Positions 18,777 to 28,929 of a DNA stretch of 64,000 bases are shown in pieces (position 1 is the stretch's first letter; each line of letters begins with the position of its first letter). The DNA comes from an uncultured bacterium (lineage in GTDB: Bacteria; Babelota; Babeliae; Babelales; JABCYS01), in NCBI GenBank assembly GCA_963705705.1, contig CAVPKK010000007.1:96001-160000 (forward strand). The letters run 5' to 3'. Both the position numbers and the translations under genes were made by a program. Under the pieces are notes generated by a model. It made no database searches, was not told where the DNA came from, and was given only the letters and a program-made list of their open reading frames with translations.

Positions 18777-20264
18777 CTACAACAGTTCGCCGGCCAATCT
18801 GCTCAATTCACTACGTTCACTAGTTTCTAGGAACACTGCACCGAAAAGTGGCTGGCCAATAAACTTATTGGTGGTTACCACAAGACCGTTAGTACTCACA
18901 TCCAAATATGGTGAGTCGATTTGGAATGGATCGCCAGCAAGAACGAGCTTCGTTCCTTCACCGGCTCGGCTGACCAAGGTTTTCACCTCGTGCGGCGTAA
19001 GATTTTGTACTTCGTCGATAAGAATATATTGGAATGGAATTGACCGGCCGCGCATATAGGTAATGGCCTCAAGGCTTACCTTGCCTGCATTAATCAGTTG
19101 GTCTAATGAAGCGAATCCTGAATTTTCTACCGGCCGCGGGCTCTGCTCCTTGCGCTTTTCACCTTTGCGGAAAGGGTGCTTAGAGCGTTCCTTGCTACCT
19201 GAACGGGTTTGTTCATGCACTTGTTCCATGTGTTGCCCAATGGATGAGGCATGGGCGAGGATATCAATCGAATCATACATCGGTTGCATCCAGCCACGAA
19301 GCTTTTCTTGGATATCACCCGGCAAATAGCCAATATCAGGGCCAAGCGGTACCACTGGCCGGGTAGCCAATACGCGGCGATATTCATCATTGATAACTTG
19401 TTGCAACCCAGATACTAAGGCCAAGAATGTTTTCCCGGTTCCTGCGGGCCCGATTAAACTTATAAGCTTCACATCCGGATCGAATAGAAGATCAAGCGTC
19501 ATCAGCTGTTGCGGATTTTTTGGCTTGATCGGCCATTGGAGTGTTGGCGCGGTTACCTCTTTAAACTTTTTATATCCGAGGTAGCGGAATAAACGGGAAT
19601 TCCATTCTGCATGCGGTGAGCGTAAGAAAACAAATTCATTGGGTACGAGCGGCGGGATTACAGTTTGGCGCTGATGTGAATTTTCTTCTTCTTCCTGTTC
19701 TGCGTTATGAGCCTGCTCATTCATATGGTCTTCGACAAGACTATGTACGGTTTCTAGCTTTACCTTTTTTAGCTCATTGGCAGAAACATCAATCGCCCGC
19801 CAACCACGGTAAATATGCTCTCGTGGCACGGCATCTTTGCTGTAATCCTGCGTTGGCACCCCGAGGGCATCAGCCTTTACCCGGGCATTTAAATCTTTAG
19901 TAATAAAGACAATGTCGAAACCCTTTTTTAGCATGCCAAGGGCAGTCAAAATAATTTCGTTGTCGGCAACATCGAGAAACAGGTTGGTATCTGGCAGTTC
20001 ATTGCGTGGGAAGAATACGATTTTTACCAGACCACCCTCCTCCAATGCCACGCCATCTTGTAGCGAGCCACGGTTGCGAAGGCTATCGAGCTCTCGCACT
20101 ACTGCGCGGGCGGCTTGGCCGCGCTCCGAGCTCTCGCTTTTAATGCCGTCAAGCTCCTCAAGCACCACCAGGGGTATGGCTACCGTATGATCACCAAAGT
20201 TGTAGATTGCTGAGGTATCATAGATCAGAACGTTGGTATCAAGTAAAAATATTTTGTTGGACAT
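18777..20264 (-). CDS. PIN-PhoH fusion protein (PhoH2/YlaK family)
   Basis: LLDTNVLI PIN start, VLEELD, TKDLNARVKA; GPAGTGKTFLA, GYLPG, YMRGRSI, DEVQNLT. Confidence 0.92.
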   Translation of the reverse strand: MSNKIFLLDTNVLIYDTSAIYNFGDHTVAIPLVVLEELDGIKSESSERGQAARAVVRELDSLRNRGSLQDGVALEEGGLVKIVFFPRNELPDTNLFLDVADNEIILTALGMLKKGFDIVFITKDLNARVKADALGVPTQDYSKDAVPREHIYRGWRAIDVSANELKKVKLETVHSLVEDHMNEQAHNAEQEEEENSHQRQTVIPPLVPNEFVFLRSPHAEWNSRLFRYLGYKKFKEVTAPTLQWPIKPKNPQQLMTLDLLFDPDVKLISLIGPAGTGKTFLALVSGLQQVINDEYRRVLATRPVVPLGPDIGYLPGDIQEKLRGWMQPMYDSIDILAHASSIGQHMEQVHEQTRSGSKERSKHPFRKGEKRKEQSPRPVENSGFASLDQLINAGKVSLEAITYMRGRSIPFQYILIDEVQNLTPHEVKTLVSRAGEGTKLVLAGDPFQIDSPYLDVSTNGLVVTTNKFIGQPLFGAVFLETSERSELSRLAGELL

Positions 20265-20380
20265 TGAGCTCTCCTAATGAGGGGATAATTTTTTTTCAAA
20301 CTATCTGAAGCTGAGCAAAAAACAACTTTTTTTGATATATTATCCCAAATAAGGCCCCTGGTTCGTTTTAGGATTTATCA

Positions 20381-22072
20381 ATGGACATCAACATTCTACG
20401 CCATTCTACAGCTCATTTGCTTGCTCACGCCGTGGTCGAATTATTCCCGGGCACTAAATTGACTATCGGACCGGCAACCGAGGATGGATTCTTTTACGAC
20501 TTCATAGCACCACGCTCGGTCAAGGAAGAAGATCTTGATCATATCCAAGCGCGCATGTGGGAGCTTTCGCAAAAGAATTTTCCAATCGAGCATAAACAGA
20601 TTTCCAAAGAAGAAGCCCGCAAGCTTTTCATTGATAATCCGTTTAAATTAGAGCTTATCAATGAGATACCCGAAGAAACGGTGGGTATTACCATCCAAGG
20701 TGATTGGATTGATCTCTGCCGCGGTGGCCACGTTAACTGCACGGGCGATATTAAGCACTTCAAATTATTAAACATTTCCGGCTCCTACTGGCGCGGCAAA
20801 CGAGATGGAACTGCCCTACAGCGTATTAGTGGAACGGCTTTTTTTTCCCGGGAAGATTTGGAAGAATTTGACCGGTTGCGCGAAGAAGCAGCACTATATG
20901 ATCACCGCAAGTTAGGTAAACAACTTGATCTATTTTCGTTTCATGAAGAAGGGGTTGGCTTTCCGTTTTATCATCCCAAAGGTAAGGCGATCATTAATGC
21001 TATGATCGATTACCTACGCAAGGAGCAAAACGCCGACGGCTATAAAGAAGTCCAGACTCCTATGATGTTGAGCGAGAGTTTATGGCATCGTTCAGGCCAC
21101 TGGAACTTTTACAAAGACAACATGTTCTTCTGTGGCATGGATCATGAAAATTATGCCGTTAAACCGATGAACTGCCCGGGCGCATTTCTCATCTATAATG
21201 AACGCCCCCGTTCTTACCGCGAACTCCCGCTGCGATTGTCAGAGTTTGGCCATGTGCACCGTAATGAATTATCTGGTGTTCTTCATGGGCTATTGCGTGT
21301 TCGGGCATTCACCGTAGACGATGCCCATGTGTTTATTACCCCTGACCATATTGAATCAGAAGTATTGGGTATGATTGCTCTACTCAAACGGGTACTCACC
21401 AAGTATGGGCTCACCAATATAAAAGCATTTTTGGCCACACGCCCAGAAAAGGCGATGGGCGACCAGCTTATTTGGGAAAAGGCGGAAGCAGCACTCAAGG
21501 CGGCACTCGATAAGGTTGGCATGCAATATGAAGTTGACGCCGGCGGCGGTGCTTTCTATGGGCCAAAGATTGATTTCAAATTCACTGACTCGCTCAAACG
21601 CGAATGGCAGTGCGGCACGGTGCAGCTCGATTTCTTCCAACCAGAAAATTTCGATCTGAACTATGTGGCTTCAACGGGCCAAAAGGAACGACCGGTTATT
21701 GTACACCGTGCTTTATATGGATCAGTTGAACGGTTTTTTGCTGTGCTCTTGGAACATTACAAAGGGGCACTTCCTTTCTGGTTATCGCCAGAACAAGTTC
21801 GTATTTTGACCATCACTGACGATGCATTAGGCTACGGTCAGCACATTATTGATCAGCTTAAGGCAATGAATGTACGTGCCGATCTAGACCGATCATCGGA
21901 TCAGATTTCGGCCAAGATTCGCAATGCACAAGTTGAGAAAATTCCAATGATGATTGTGCTCGGCAAAAAAGAATTGGAAAATAAAACAGTGAGCATACGA
22001 ACCTTGGATGGTAAGCAGGAGATGGGTGTTTCAATTGAACATCTCATGAAAAAAATAACTGAGTTGCAGTAA
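20381..22072 (+). CDS. thrS: Threonine--tRNA ligase (lacks the N-terminal TGS domain)
   Basis: RHSTAHLLA, DLCRGGH, DHRKLG, KPMNCP, GAFYGPKID, HRALYGSVERF. Confidence 0.98.
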   Translation: MDINILRHSTAHLLAHAVVELFPGTKLTIGPATEDGFFYDFIAPRSVKEEDLDHIQARMWELSQKNFPIEHKQISKEEARKLFIDNPFKLELINEIPEETVGITIQGDWIDLCRGGHVNCTGDIKHFKLLNISGSYWRGKRDGTALQRISGTAFFSREDLEEFDRLREEAALYDHRKLGKQLDLFSFHEEGVGFPFYHPKGKAIINAMIDYLRKEQNADGYKEVQTPMMLSESLWHRSGHWNFYKDNMFFCGMDHENYAVKPMNCPGAFLIYNERPRSYRELPLRLSEFGHVHRNELSGVLHGLLRVRAFTVDDAHVFITPDHIESEVLGMIALLKRVLTKYGLTNIKAFLATRPEKAMGDQLIWEKAEAALKAALDKVGMQYEVDAGGGAFYGPKIDFKFTDSLKREWQCGTVQLDFFQPENFDLNYVASTGQKERPVIVHRALYGSVERFFAVLLEHYKGALPFWLSPEQVRILTITDDALGYGQHIIDQLKAMNVRADLDRSSDQISAKIRNAQVEKIPMMIVLGKKELENKTVSIRTLDGKQEMGVSIEHLMKKITELQ

Positions 22073-22286
22073 TTTATTACTAAAAATGATCAATTTCTGC
22101 ACGACCTACAACACGTGAATTTTTGCTGTCCACCGGCGTTTTCAGATGTTCGCACAATTTTTTTGTTGCAAACTCTTGCATTTTCACTTTCTCTTTTTGT
22201 ATCATTGTGTTGTAAGTAAAGTGTGGTGTTACAAAAGGTAACCACTGCACTAGTATTATAAACACCTTTATTAAAAGGAGTCCGTA

Positions 22287-22469
22287 ATGGTAAAGAGACG
22301 TAAAGCCGCTGGAGCTAAAAAAGCTGCTGGTGCAAAGAAGAGCCCTGCTCGTCGTGTTAAGAAAACTGCGACAAAGAGAGCTGGCGCCAAGAAAACAGCT
22401 AAGCGTAAGACGCCAGCGCGTAAAAAGACCGCTGCTCGTTCAACGCGTACTAGCTATTTCTCGCTATAA
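22287..22469 (+). CDS. Histone H1-like basic protein (Hc1/Hc2-like composition)
   Basis: 60 aa K/A/R-rich (AKK repeats), AAGGAG RBS, own terminator. Confidence 0.75.
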   Translation: MVKRRKAAGAKKAAGAKKSPARRVKKTATKRAGAKKTAKRKTPARKKTAARSTRTSYFSL

Positions 22470-23153
22470 TCTACCGTAAAAGGGGCACTGTTTTTTACGA
22501 AACGGTGCTCTTTTTTTTGCCAAAATCTCAGATACCTGATTTTTCCGCGGGGCATTCTGGCCCCATTTTACAAATAAATGATTAACTTCCGACCAATATT
22601 TCTTCGGTAGTAATTCCATTAAAGCCACTTCAGTCTGATCCGCAGTCTTGGTATGTACCAAGCCAAATTGATTAGCTAACCGATGCACATGAGTATCTAC
22701 GCAGATGGCCGGCTTGCCAAAGGCAACGCTTAATACCAAGGCGGCTGTCTTGTGGCCAATGCCTTTGATAGAAAGTAATTCATCTTCGGTATTAGGCACC
22801 TTTTCATGAAACCGATCAATCAATTCTTTGCTCACACTTTTTAATGTCTTAGCCTTATTGTGATAAAAACCGATTGGCTTAATAATCCGCTCCAGCTCAC
22901 GCAGGGGAATCGCCAACATTTCTTGCGGCGTACGCGCCACTTCAAATAACTTTTTGGAAATTGGATACGTAACCGCATCACGCGCACGCAGACTAAGCAG
23001 ACAGCTTATGAGTATTAGATAGGGATCATTGTTATATTCATCCTTGATACGTTCCGACATCGGCTCGGGGAAGTTTTTCGTCTTCTTTCGCAGAATTTTG
23101 ATTATTTTAAGTGCATATGCACGACGAGTTTTTAAATCATTTTTTTTCAGCAT
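22464..23153 (-). CDS. nth: Endonuclease III (HhH-GPD glycosylase) lacking the C-terminal 4Fe-4S motif
   Basis: DPYLILISCLLS, GFYHNKAK, LLSIKGIGHKTA, VDTHVHRL. Confidence 0.9.
   Translation of the reverse strand: MLKKNDLKTRRAYALKIIKILRKKTKNFPEPMSERIKDEYNNDPYLILISCLLSLRARDAVTYPISKKLFEVARTPQEMLAIPLRELERIIKPIGFYHNKAKTLKSVSKELIDRFHEKVPNTEDELLSIKGIGHKTAALVLSVAFGKPAICVDTHVHRLANQFGLVHTKTADQTEVALMELLPKKYWSEVNHLFVKWGQNAPRKNQVSEILAKKRAPFRKKQCPFYGRL
22478..22518 (+). terminator. Intrinsic terminator of the histone-like gene, overlapped by the nth 3' end
   Basis: aaaaggggcactgttt-loop-aaacggtgctctttttttt. Confidence 0.75.
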
Positions 23154-23207
23154 GGTATTGAACACATATATTTTGATCTAGACCGTTTATCGTAACATGG
23201 CCCGAAT

Positions 23208-23242
23208 CCGCTCATCCTGAGTTTATCGAAGGATCAGAGCGG
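23208..23242 (+). repeat. Family A palindrome
   Basis: ccgctcatcctgagtttatcgaaggatcagagcgg. Confidence 0.92.
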
Positions 23243-23367
23243 GAAGTAAGCTCGGGTGAACAGAATAAAATGATCCTGTAGATCCGATTATGATGTAAAC
23301 ATAGAACAACTAATCTGCGCGCAGTATACTACCCACACTAAAAATTACCCGACTGGAGAAATGGTTC

Positions 23368-24285
23368 ATGGATTTGGCATCATTCAAACAGCATACCAAA
23401 AGTTTTCTGCAGCATATTGCTGTAGAGAAAAACTTGGCCGCCAATACCCGGCGGGCCTACACAAGCGATTTAGAACAGTTTATTGAGTTTTGGGACCGTA
23501 TAACACAAGATAATTCGCCCTTGCCCATGGCCACAGTGCTTGAACGCTTTTTTGTAAGTCTCTACCACCAAAAAATTAATAAGAGCTCCATCGCACGAAA
23601 GCTATCCTGCTTTAAATCATTCGAAAAATATCTTCGTATTGCGGGGGTGGAATTCAAAATAAACCTTGCCCGGCCACGGCTGGATAAAAAGTTGCCTGTG
23701 TATCTGAGCGTCGATGAAATATTTTACCTCCTTGATAGCATTAAGCATGAGGATCTTCCTACCAAAAAACCATTGCGCGATAAGGCCGTATTGGAATTAT
23801 TGTATGCCACGGGAGTGCGATGCGCTGAGTTAGTTGGTATTAAAATTGGCGACATTAATGTTGATCAAAAATGTGTGCGCGTTTATGGCAAAGGCCGCAA
23901 GGAACGAATGGCCTTATTCGGCGAACGGGCAAAGAAAAGTATTTTGGAATTCATCCAAAAAGAGCGGGGTCCAGTTACGTCGCTCAACGACCCACTTTTT
24001 AATAGCTTCAAAAACAAGCCGCTGACCACCCGTTCAGTCCAACGTATCATTGGGATGTTCCGAAATGTACTTAACACCGGCCGCCCTATTTCACCCCACA
24101 AAATCCGTCACTCATTTGCCACTCATATGCTACACCAAGGAGTTGATCTTCGGGTTGTGCAAGAACTATTGGGCCACGCTTCACTGTCCAGCACCGAGAA
24201 ATACACGCACGTCTCGAGCCAACAACTGGCAGCTATGTGCGATACCTTGCACCCTATTCATAAGATGATTAAAAATAATAAATGA
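23368..24285 (+). CDS. xerC: Tyrosine recombinase XerC/XerD family
   Basis: LELLYATGVRCAEL, GKGRKER, HKIRHSFATH, VQELLGH, TEKYTH. Confidence 0.88.
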   Translation: MDLASFKQHTKSFLQHIAVEKNLAANTRRAYTSDLEQFIEFWDRITQDNSPLPMATVLERFFVSLYHQKINKSSIARKLSCFKSFEKYLRIAGVEFKINLARPRLDKKLPVYLSVDEIFYLLDSIKHEDLPTKKPLRDKAVLELLYATGVRCAELVGIKIGDINVDQKCVRVYGKGRKERMALFGERAKKSILEFIQKERGPVTSLNDPLFNSFKNKPLTTRSVQRIIGMFRNVLNTGRPISPHKIRHSFATHMLHQGVDLRVVQELLGHASLSSTEKYTHVSSQQLAAMCDTLHPIHKMIKNNK

Positions 24286-24360
24286 GCTGAAACGAATCCA
24301 TTACCAATATTGCTTTATGAATTAAATTTAAAACTTCCAAGCAAATTAAAAAGCCTCGAA

Positions 24361-24444
24361 CAAGCAAGATAACGGAGGCAGGAGGCGGTAGCCTCCTGAT
24401 GGAGTGGAGGGGAGGGGTTTTAGGGGAGGGAACGGACCCTTAGC
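24361..24444 (+). repeat. G-rich intergenic element family C, copy 2
   Basis: Shares both blocks with 13146-13298; internal hairpin caggaggc-ggta-gcctcctg. Confidence 0.85.
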
Positions 24445-24516
24445 CCAGTGTCACAAAAAAATATTAGCCTGATTAAGAACCAATGATGAAGTCATCTAAA
24501 ATAAAATATTGAGCTT

Positions 24517-26229
24517 ATGCTACCCCATGTAAAGTGCGCCCAGAAAATCACCCTACTCACCGTAGGCTTCACTTTTTTATTTACCATCATCGTCGCACGC
24601 CTATTCGATCTCCAAATCCGCCATGGCAAACAGCTTGTTGAACTCAGCCAAAAAAATTTCTTGCGCTCAGAGAAAGTGCAGCCAACACGCGGGAACATAC
24701 TGGATGCTAATGGTAATTTATTAGCCACCAACCGCCCCGTCATTAAATTATTTTGGCATGGGCTTGGCACCCCAAAGATGCTCGAGTCTCAAACTAATAG
24801 TATCCGCCTGCTCGAACAGATCCTTGGCACTGAGTTATTAACAAGCCATTCCCTACAACGCGCTGAACGTTTTGGCCGCCGCGTGGAGCTAGCCGATGAT
24901 CTTTCGATGGAAACAGTAAGCCGCATTGTCGAACAATTACCAGCCCACTCACAAATACATATCACTTCTGGCGTTAAGCGCTTCTATCCCCATATGGAAA
25001 TGGCGAGCCACTTGCTCGGTTATCTAGGCCAAGGATTAGAAGTTGATAACGCTTTACACGGCAAAAGCGGTTTTGAAAAAATGCTTGAAGACTCGTTACG
25101 CGGTGAAGAGGGAGAGATACAAAAGATTATAAATTCGATTGGCAAAAGCATCGCCGAGCGAGAATTAAAACAAGCTAATGCCGGAACCGATATTAAAACC
25201 ACACTTGATTTTAATCTGCAGAATTTGGCCGAACAATCGTTCCCCAAAACCAATAACGGCTGCATGCTCATCATGGATCCACATACCGGCGCCTTGCGAG
25301 CATTGGTTTCACGACCTAACTTCGATCCCAATATTTTCTTAGATGCTATCGATCAAGATATGTGGCAAGATTTACAGGGAAAAAAAGCCTTTTTAAATCG
25401 CGCCTTCAATGCTGCGTATCCCCCTGCTTCTATCTTTAAACTAATAACTGTTGCGGCCGCGCTTGAGCAAGGAATTATTTCGCAAGAAGCCATGGTTAAT
25501 TGTTGCGGCTACTACCAATTTGGTAACTATCGCCATTGGTGCATGCAACATACCGGTCATGGGAAGCTAACAGTCAAACAGGCGGTGGCTAAATCATGTA
25601 ATATTTTGTTTTATCATATCGGCAAGCATATGCATGTTGATACATTGGCAGATTATGCCCAGCGTTTTGGCTTAGGCCAGAAAGTAGACATGCTCTTTCC
25701 CAACCTACCAGGATTGGTGCCCAACAGTAGCTGGAAAAAAGAGGTGAAAAAGGAACGCTGGTGGCCAGGTGAAACATTATCATTTGCCATCGGTCAGAGT
25801 TTTACCCTCGTTACCCCAATCCAAATCGCCCGCATGGTTGCTAGTATATTTACCGGCAAGCTTGTCTCACCCAGATTATTGGAAGACGATCTGATTGAAC
25901 AAACACCATTGAATATTAAGCCATCAACCCTTGAATTTATTCGGGATTCGATGCGCTCGGTAGTAAAAATCGGTACCGGTGCGCGCACAGGCAATATTGA
26001 AGGTATAGAAGTGTTTGCAAAAACCGGAACCGCCCAAGTAAGTAGCTTGGCATTGCGTGAAAAGGATACGAAGGACAATCGTTACAAAGAACACGGCTGG
26101 TTCGTGGCCTACTTCAAACAAGCCGGCAAAGAACCTTTTGTTATGGTAATCCTGATGGAACACGTAGAAACCTCGATCGCCGCCGCCCAGGTGGCCAAGA
26201 ACTTCTTGATTGGCTACAGAGAATTGTAA
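24517..26229 (+). CDS. mrdA: Penicillin-binding protein 2
   Basis: RGNILD, PASIFK (SxxK), SCN (SxN), KTGTAQ. Confidence 0.92.
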   Translation: MLPHVKCAQKITLLTVGFTFLFTIIVARLFDLQIRHGKQLVELSQKNFLRSEKVQPTRGNILDANGNLLATNRPVIKLFWHGLGTPKMLESQTNSIRLLEQILGTELLTSHSLQRAERFGRRVELADDLSMETVSRIVEQLPAHSQIHITSGVKRFYPHMEMASHLLGYLGQGLEVDNALHGKSGFEKMLEDSLRGEEGEIQKIINSIGKSIAERELKQANAGTDIKTTLDFNLQNLAEQSFPKTNNGCMLIMDPHTGALRALVSRPNFDPNIFLDAIDQDMWQDLQGKKAFLNRAFNAAYPPASIFKLITVAAALEQGIISQEAMVNCCGYYQFGNYRHWCMQHTGHGKLTVKQAVAKSCNILFYHIGKHMHVDTLADYAQRFGLGQKVDMLFPNLPGLVPNSSWKKEVKKERWWPGETLSFAIGQSFTLVTPIQIARMVASIFTGKLVSPRLLEDDLIEQTPLNIKPSTLEFIRDSMRSVVKIGTGARTGNIEGIEVFAKTGTAQVSSLALREKDTKDNRYKEHGWFVAYFKQAGKEPFVMVILMEHVETSIAAAQVAKNFLIGYREL

Positions 26230-26374
26230 TTTGCAACATAAGATCACTCTACCACATCACAACATTCATTTTTTAGCAGCCCTGCGCCAAAATCCTTGAT
26301 AATTCATCTTTCAATCCCATACAATCAGTAATGAAAATGGTTTTTAGCAATTCGGACTAAAAAGATGAGAGATT

Positions 26375-27640
26375 ATGCAATATCAGATGAATTATGCCTT
26401 AGGAATGCTCATCCTAGCCCTGTCCAGTTCAGCGCAGGGTGGTACCTCCTTCCGCGACTATTACTATGGCAATGAGAGATTGGGTATTCCTTCGCATGAG
26501 AAAAAGATCAATGATGACGTTGCAACAGGCATATTGAATTTAAACAACAAAGATCTTACCGATTTAACTGGATTCGACGAGGTACCTGGCCTAAATACTC
26601 TTCGAAAACTTACTCTTTGGCTTAACCTACTTACCACATTCCCAAATAACATTTTTCGTGGACTAACCAGCCTTGAAACTCTTGACCTCAATACCAACAG
26701 GCTCGCTATTCTTCCAAATAACATCTTCCATGGTCTTAGTGCGCTTCGAACGCTTATTCTTTCCAATAATCAACTCACTGCACTTCCAGAGGATATATTC
26801 CATGGACTCACTATGCTTCAAGAGCTTTATCTCACCAACAACCAAATCGCCACTCTTCCGGTTAACATCTTTCATGGCCTAACTGCGCTTCGATCGCTTT
26901 TTCTCAACGGCAACCGAATTCATGCGCTTCCGGAAAACGTCTTTCATGGACTAACCTCGCTACCCATAATCAATCTTTCATTTAACCAGCTCACGACGCT
27001 CCCGGAAAACATTTTTCATGGTCTAACTGGGCTTCGATATCTTTATCTCTACAATAATCCAATACCTTTAACCCAAGCACAGTTGTATAAGCAATTACAA
27101 TTGCCCGCAAATGCGCATCTTACCTTTAAAGATCCAGCGCAAGAAATCGCTGAGCAAAATCTGTTCGCGGCCATCGCCGATGCTGATACTTCCACAGTGC
27201 GCCACCAGCTGAATACCATCATGACTAAACAAGTTCGTGGTCCAGCGACTAGCGTCATAGACATCTCCAAAATTCGCAATGCCAAAGGCGATAATTTATT
27301 GCACGCCGCTATAAGAGAAGCAGCGGAAAGACTTGGTGTGGTAAAAGGCATGAGTGCTGGGATACCAGAAAATGAAAAGAAAGAAGTAAAAGAACTACAA
27401 GCTGAACAAAAGTCTGAGATAAACAACCGCTACATGAAAATAATAAGTGCCATTCTTTCTTGCGGCGAAATTTGTGTACAAGACATGCTCTTTACCCCAA
27501 ATGCTGAGGGGCAAATGACAATTGACGCAATGGTAGCAAAGCTTGGATTTGATAGCCCAATAATCCAGGCAATACTTTCAGGTTTAAGCGCCGAAGAAAA
27601 GGCTAAAGAAAAGAAGGAGCAGCATGAAGCTCAAAAATAA
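26375..27640 (+). CDS. Exported LRR protein, array member 1 (6 x 24-aa LRR)
   Basis: Signal peptide, SFRDYY N-cap, LP.NIFHGL repeats, conserved helical C-domain. Confidence 0.9.
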   Translation: MQYQMNYALGMLILALSSSAQGGTSFRDYYYGNERLGIPSHEKKINDDVATGILNLNNKDLTDLTGFDEVPGLNTLRKLTLWLNLLTTFPNNIFRGLTSLETLDLNTNRLAILPNNIFHGLSALRTLILSNNQLTALPEDIFHGLTMLQELYLTNNQIATLPVNIFHGLTALRSLFLNGNRIHALPENVFHGLTSLPIINLSFNQLTTLPENIFHGLTGLRYLYLYNNPIPLTQAQLYKQLQLPANAHLTFKDPAQEIAEQNLFAAIADADTSTVRHQLNTIMTKQVRGPATSVIDISKIRNAKGDNLLHAAIREAAERLGVVKGMSAGIPENEKKEVKELQAEQKSEINNRYMKIISAILSCGEICVQDMLFTPNAEGQMTIDAMVAKLGFDSPIIQAILSGLSAEEKAKEKKEQHEAQK

Positions 27641-28910
27641 TATATTTTTTATATTAATCGCCCTGGCCAGCTCGGCGCACGCTATTTCTTTCCGAGACTA
27701 TTACCATGGCAATGAGGAATTAGGTATCCGCCCGCATGAAAAAGAGGTCAATGCTGCGGTTGCAACAGGTATGTTGAATTTAAACAACATAGGCCTTACT
27801 GATTTAATTGGATTCGACGAGATTCCTAGACTAACTTCACTTAAAAAGCTTTATATCTCCGATAATTTGCTTACCGAACTGCCAGAGAATATTTTTCATG
27901 GATTAAATAGGCTACAAAGACTTGAGCTGGATAATAACCAACTTATCGAATTACCAGAGAATATCTTTCATGATCTGATCCAACTCAATCAGCTTGATCT
28001 TTCTCATAATCAATTCATCACATTTCCAAAAAATATTTTTAAAAGCTTGAAAGCAGTTCTCTGGATTTACCTTAATGATAATGAACTGATAACTTTGCCG
28101 CAAAATATTTTCCACGGCCTTCCATCGCTTCTAGGTGTTCACCTTCAAAATAATCAGATAACTACGCTACCCGAGAACATCTTCCCGTCGCGGCTTGAAA
28201 GAGTATTTCTTTACAACAATCCGCTTCCATTAACGCAGGTAAAAGAAGCGGGCATAGGACCAAACACCGTAGTTGTTTTTAAATCGCCACAAGAGGCACA
28301 AGCGGAGGATCAGCTATTTGCTGCAATCCGAAATGCTCAAAATGCGGAAGTTCGAAAAATAATTGATGCCATCATAGCCGAGAATATCCCTACCCGGGGG
28401 AACTATGCTATTAAAATTTCTAAAATTCGTGATGCGAGCGGCAACAACCTATTGCATGCAGCCATCCAAAGTGCAGCTGCGCGGCTTGGAACGATAGCTG
28501 GCTTAGGCGTCCAGTTATCGGAAGAAGAAAAGAAAGAGGCAAAAGAAGTCCTCGCGGAACAAAGATCAAAGATAAATGATCGCTATATGAAAATAATAGG
28601 CGCCATTCTTTCATGTGGTGATGAATGCGTCCAAGAAATGCTTTTCACCCCCAATCATGACGGACAAATGGTTATTGATGAGATGTTTGCCAAACTTGGC
28701 CCAACCAATCCAATAACCCAAGCAATACTTTCTATTTTAACGCCTGAGGAAGAAGCAGTACATCCGCGGCCTAAGCGGACTCTGGAACAATCAGGTCCAG
28801 AGGAAAAACCCGTCGAGACTATGGCAGATGCTGAAGCAATTGAGAAAGAGCAAGAAGAAGAGATCGAAGGTAGAAAACGACAGAAGCCTAATCAATCAGA
28901 AGAGCAGTAA
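27624..28910 (+). CDS. Exported LRR protein, array member 2 (5 LRR, NLS-like tail)
   Basis: Same architecture; ends RPKR...GRKRQK. Confidence 0.9.
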   Translation: MKLKNNIFFILIALASSAHAISFRDYYHGNEELGIRPHEKEVNAAVATGMLNLNNIGLTDLIGFDEIPRLTSLKKLYISDNLLTELPENIFHGLNRLQRLELDNNQLIELPENIFHDLIQLNQLDLSHNQFITFPKNIFKSLKAVLWIYLNDNELITLPQNIFHGLPSLLGVHLQNNQITTLPENIFPSRLERVFLYNNPLPLTQVKEAGIGPNTVVVFKSPQEAQAEDQLFAAIRNAQNAEVRKIIDAIIAENIPTRGNYAIKISKIRDASGNNLLHAAIQSAAARLGTIAGLGVQLSEEEKKEAKEVLAEQRSKINDRYMKIIGAILSCGDECVQEMLFTPNHDGQMVIDEMFAKLGPTNPITQAILSILTPEEEAVHPRPKRTLEQSGPEEKPVETMADAEAIEKEQEEEIEGRKRQKPNQSEEQ

Positions 28911-28929
28911 AAAGAGCGAGAGTAATCCG

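Noticed and set aside
20381..22072. Short ThrRS lacking the TGS domain as a novelty
   Set aside because: N-terminally shortened ThrRS is known in several reduced bacterial genomes; editing and catalytic motifs are intact
23368..24285. Tyrosine recombinase as a prophage or island integrase
   Set aside because: Size and motifs fit chromosomal XerC/D; neighbours are housekeeping genes; no phage genes or att repeats seen
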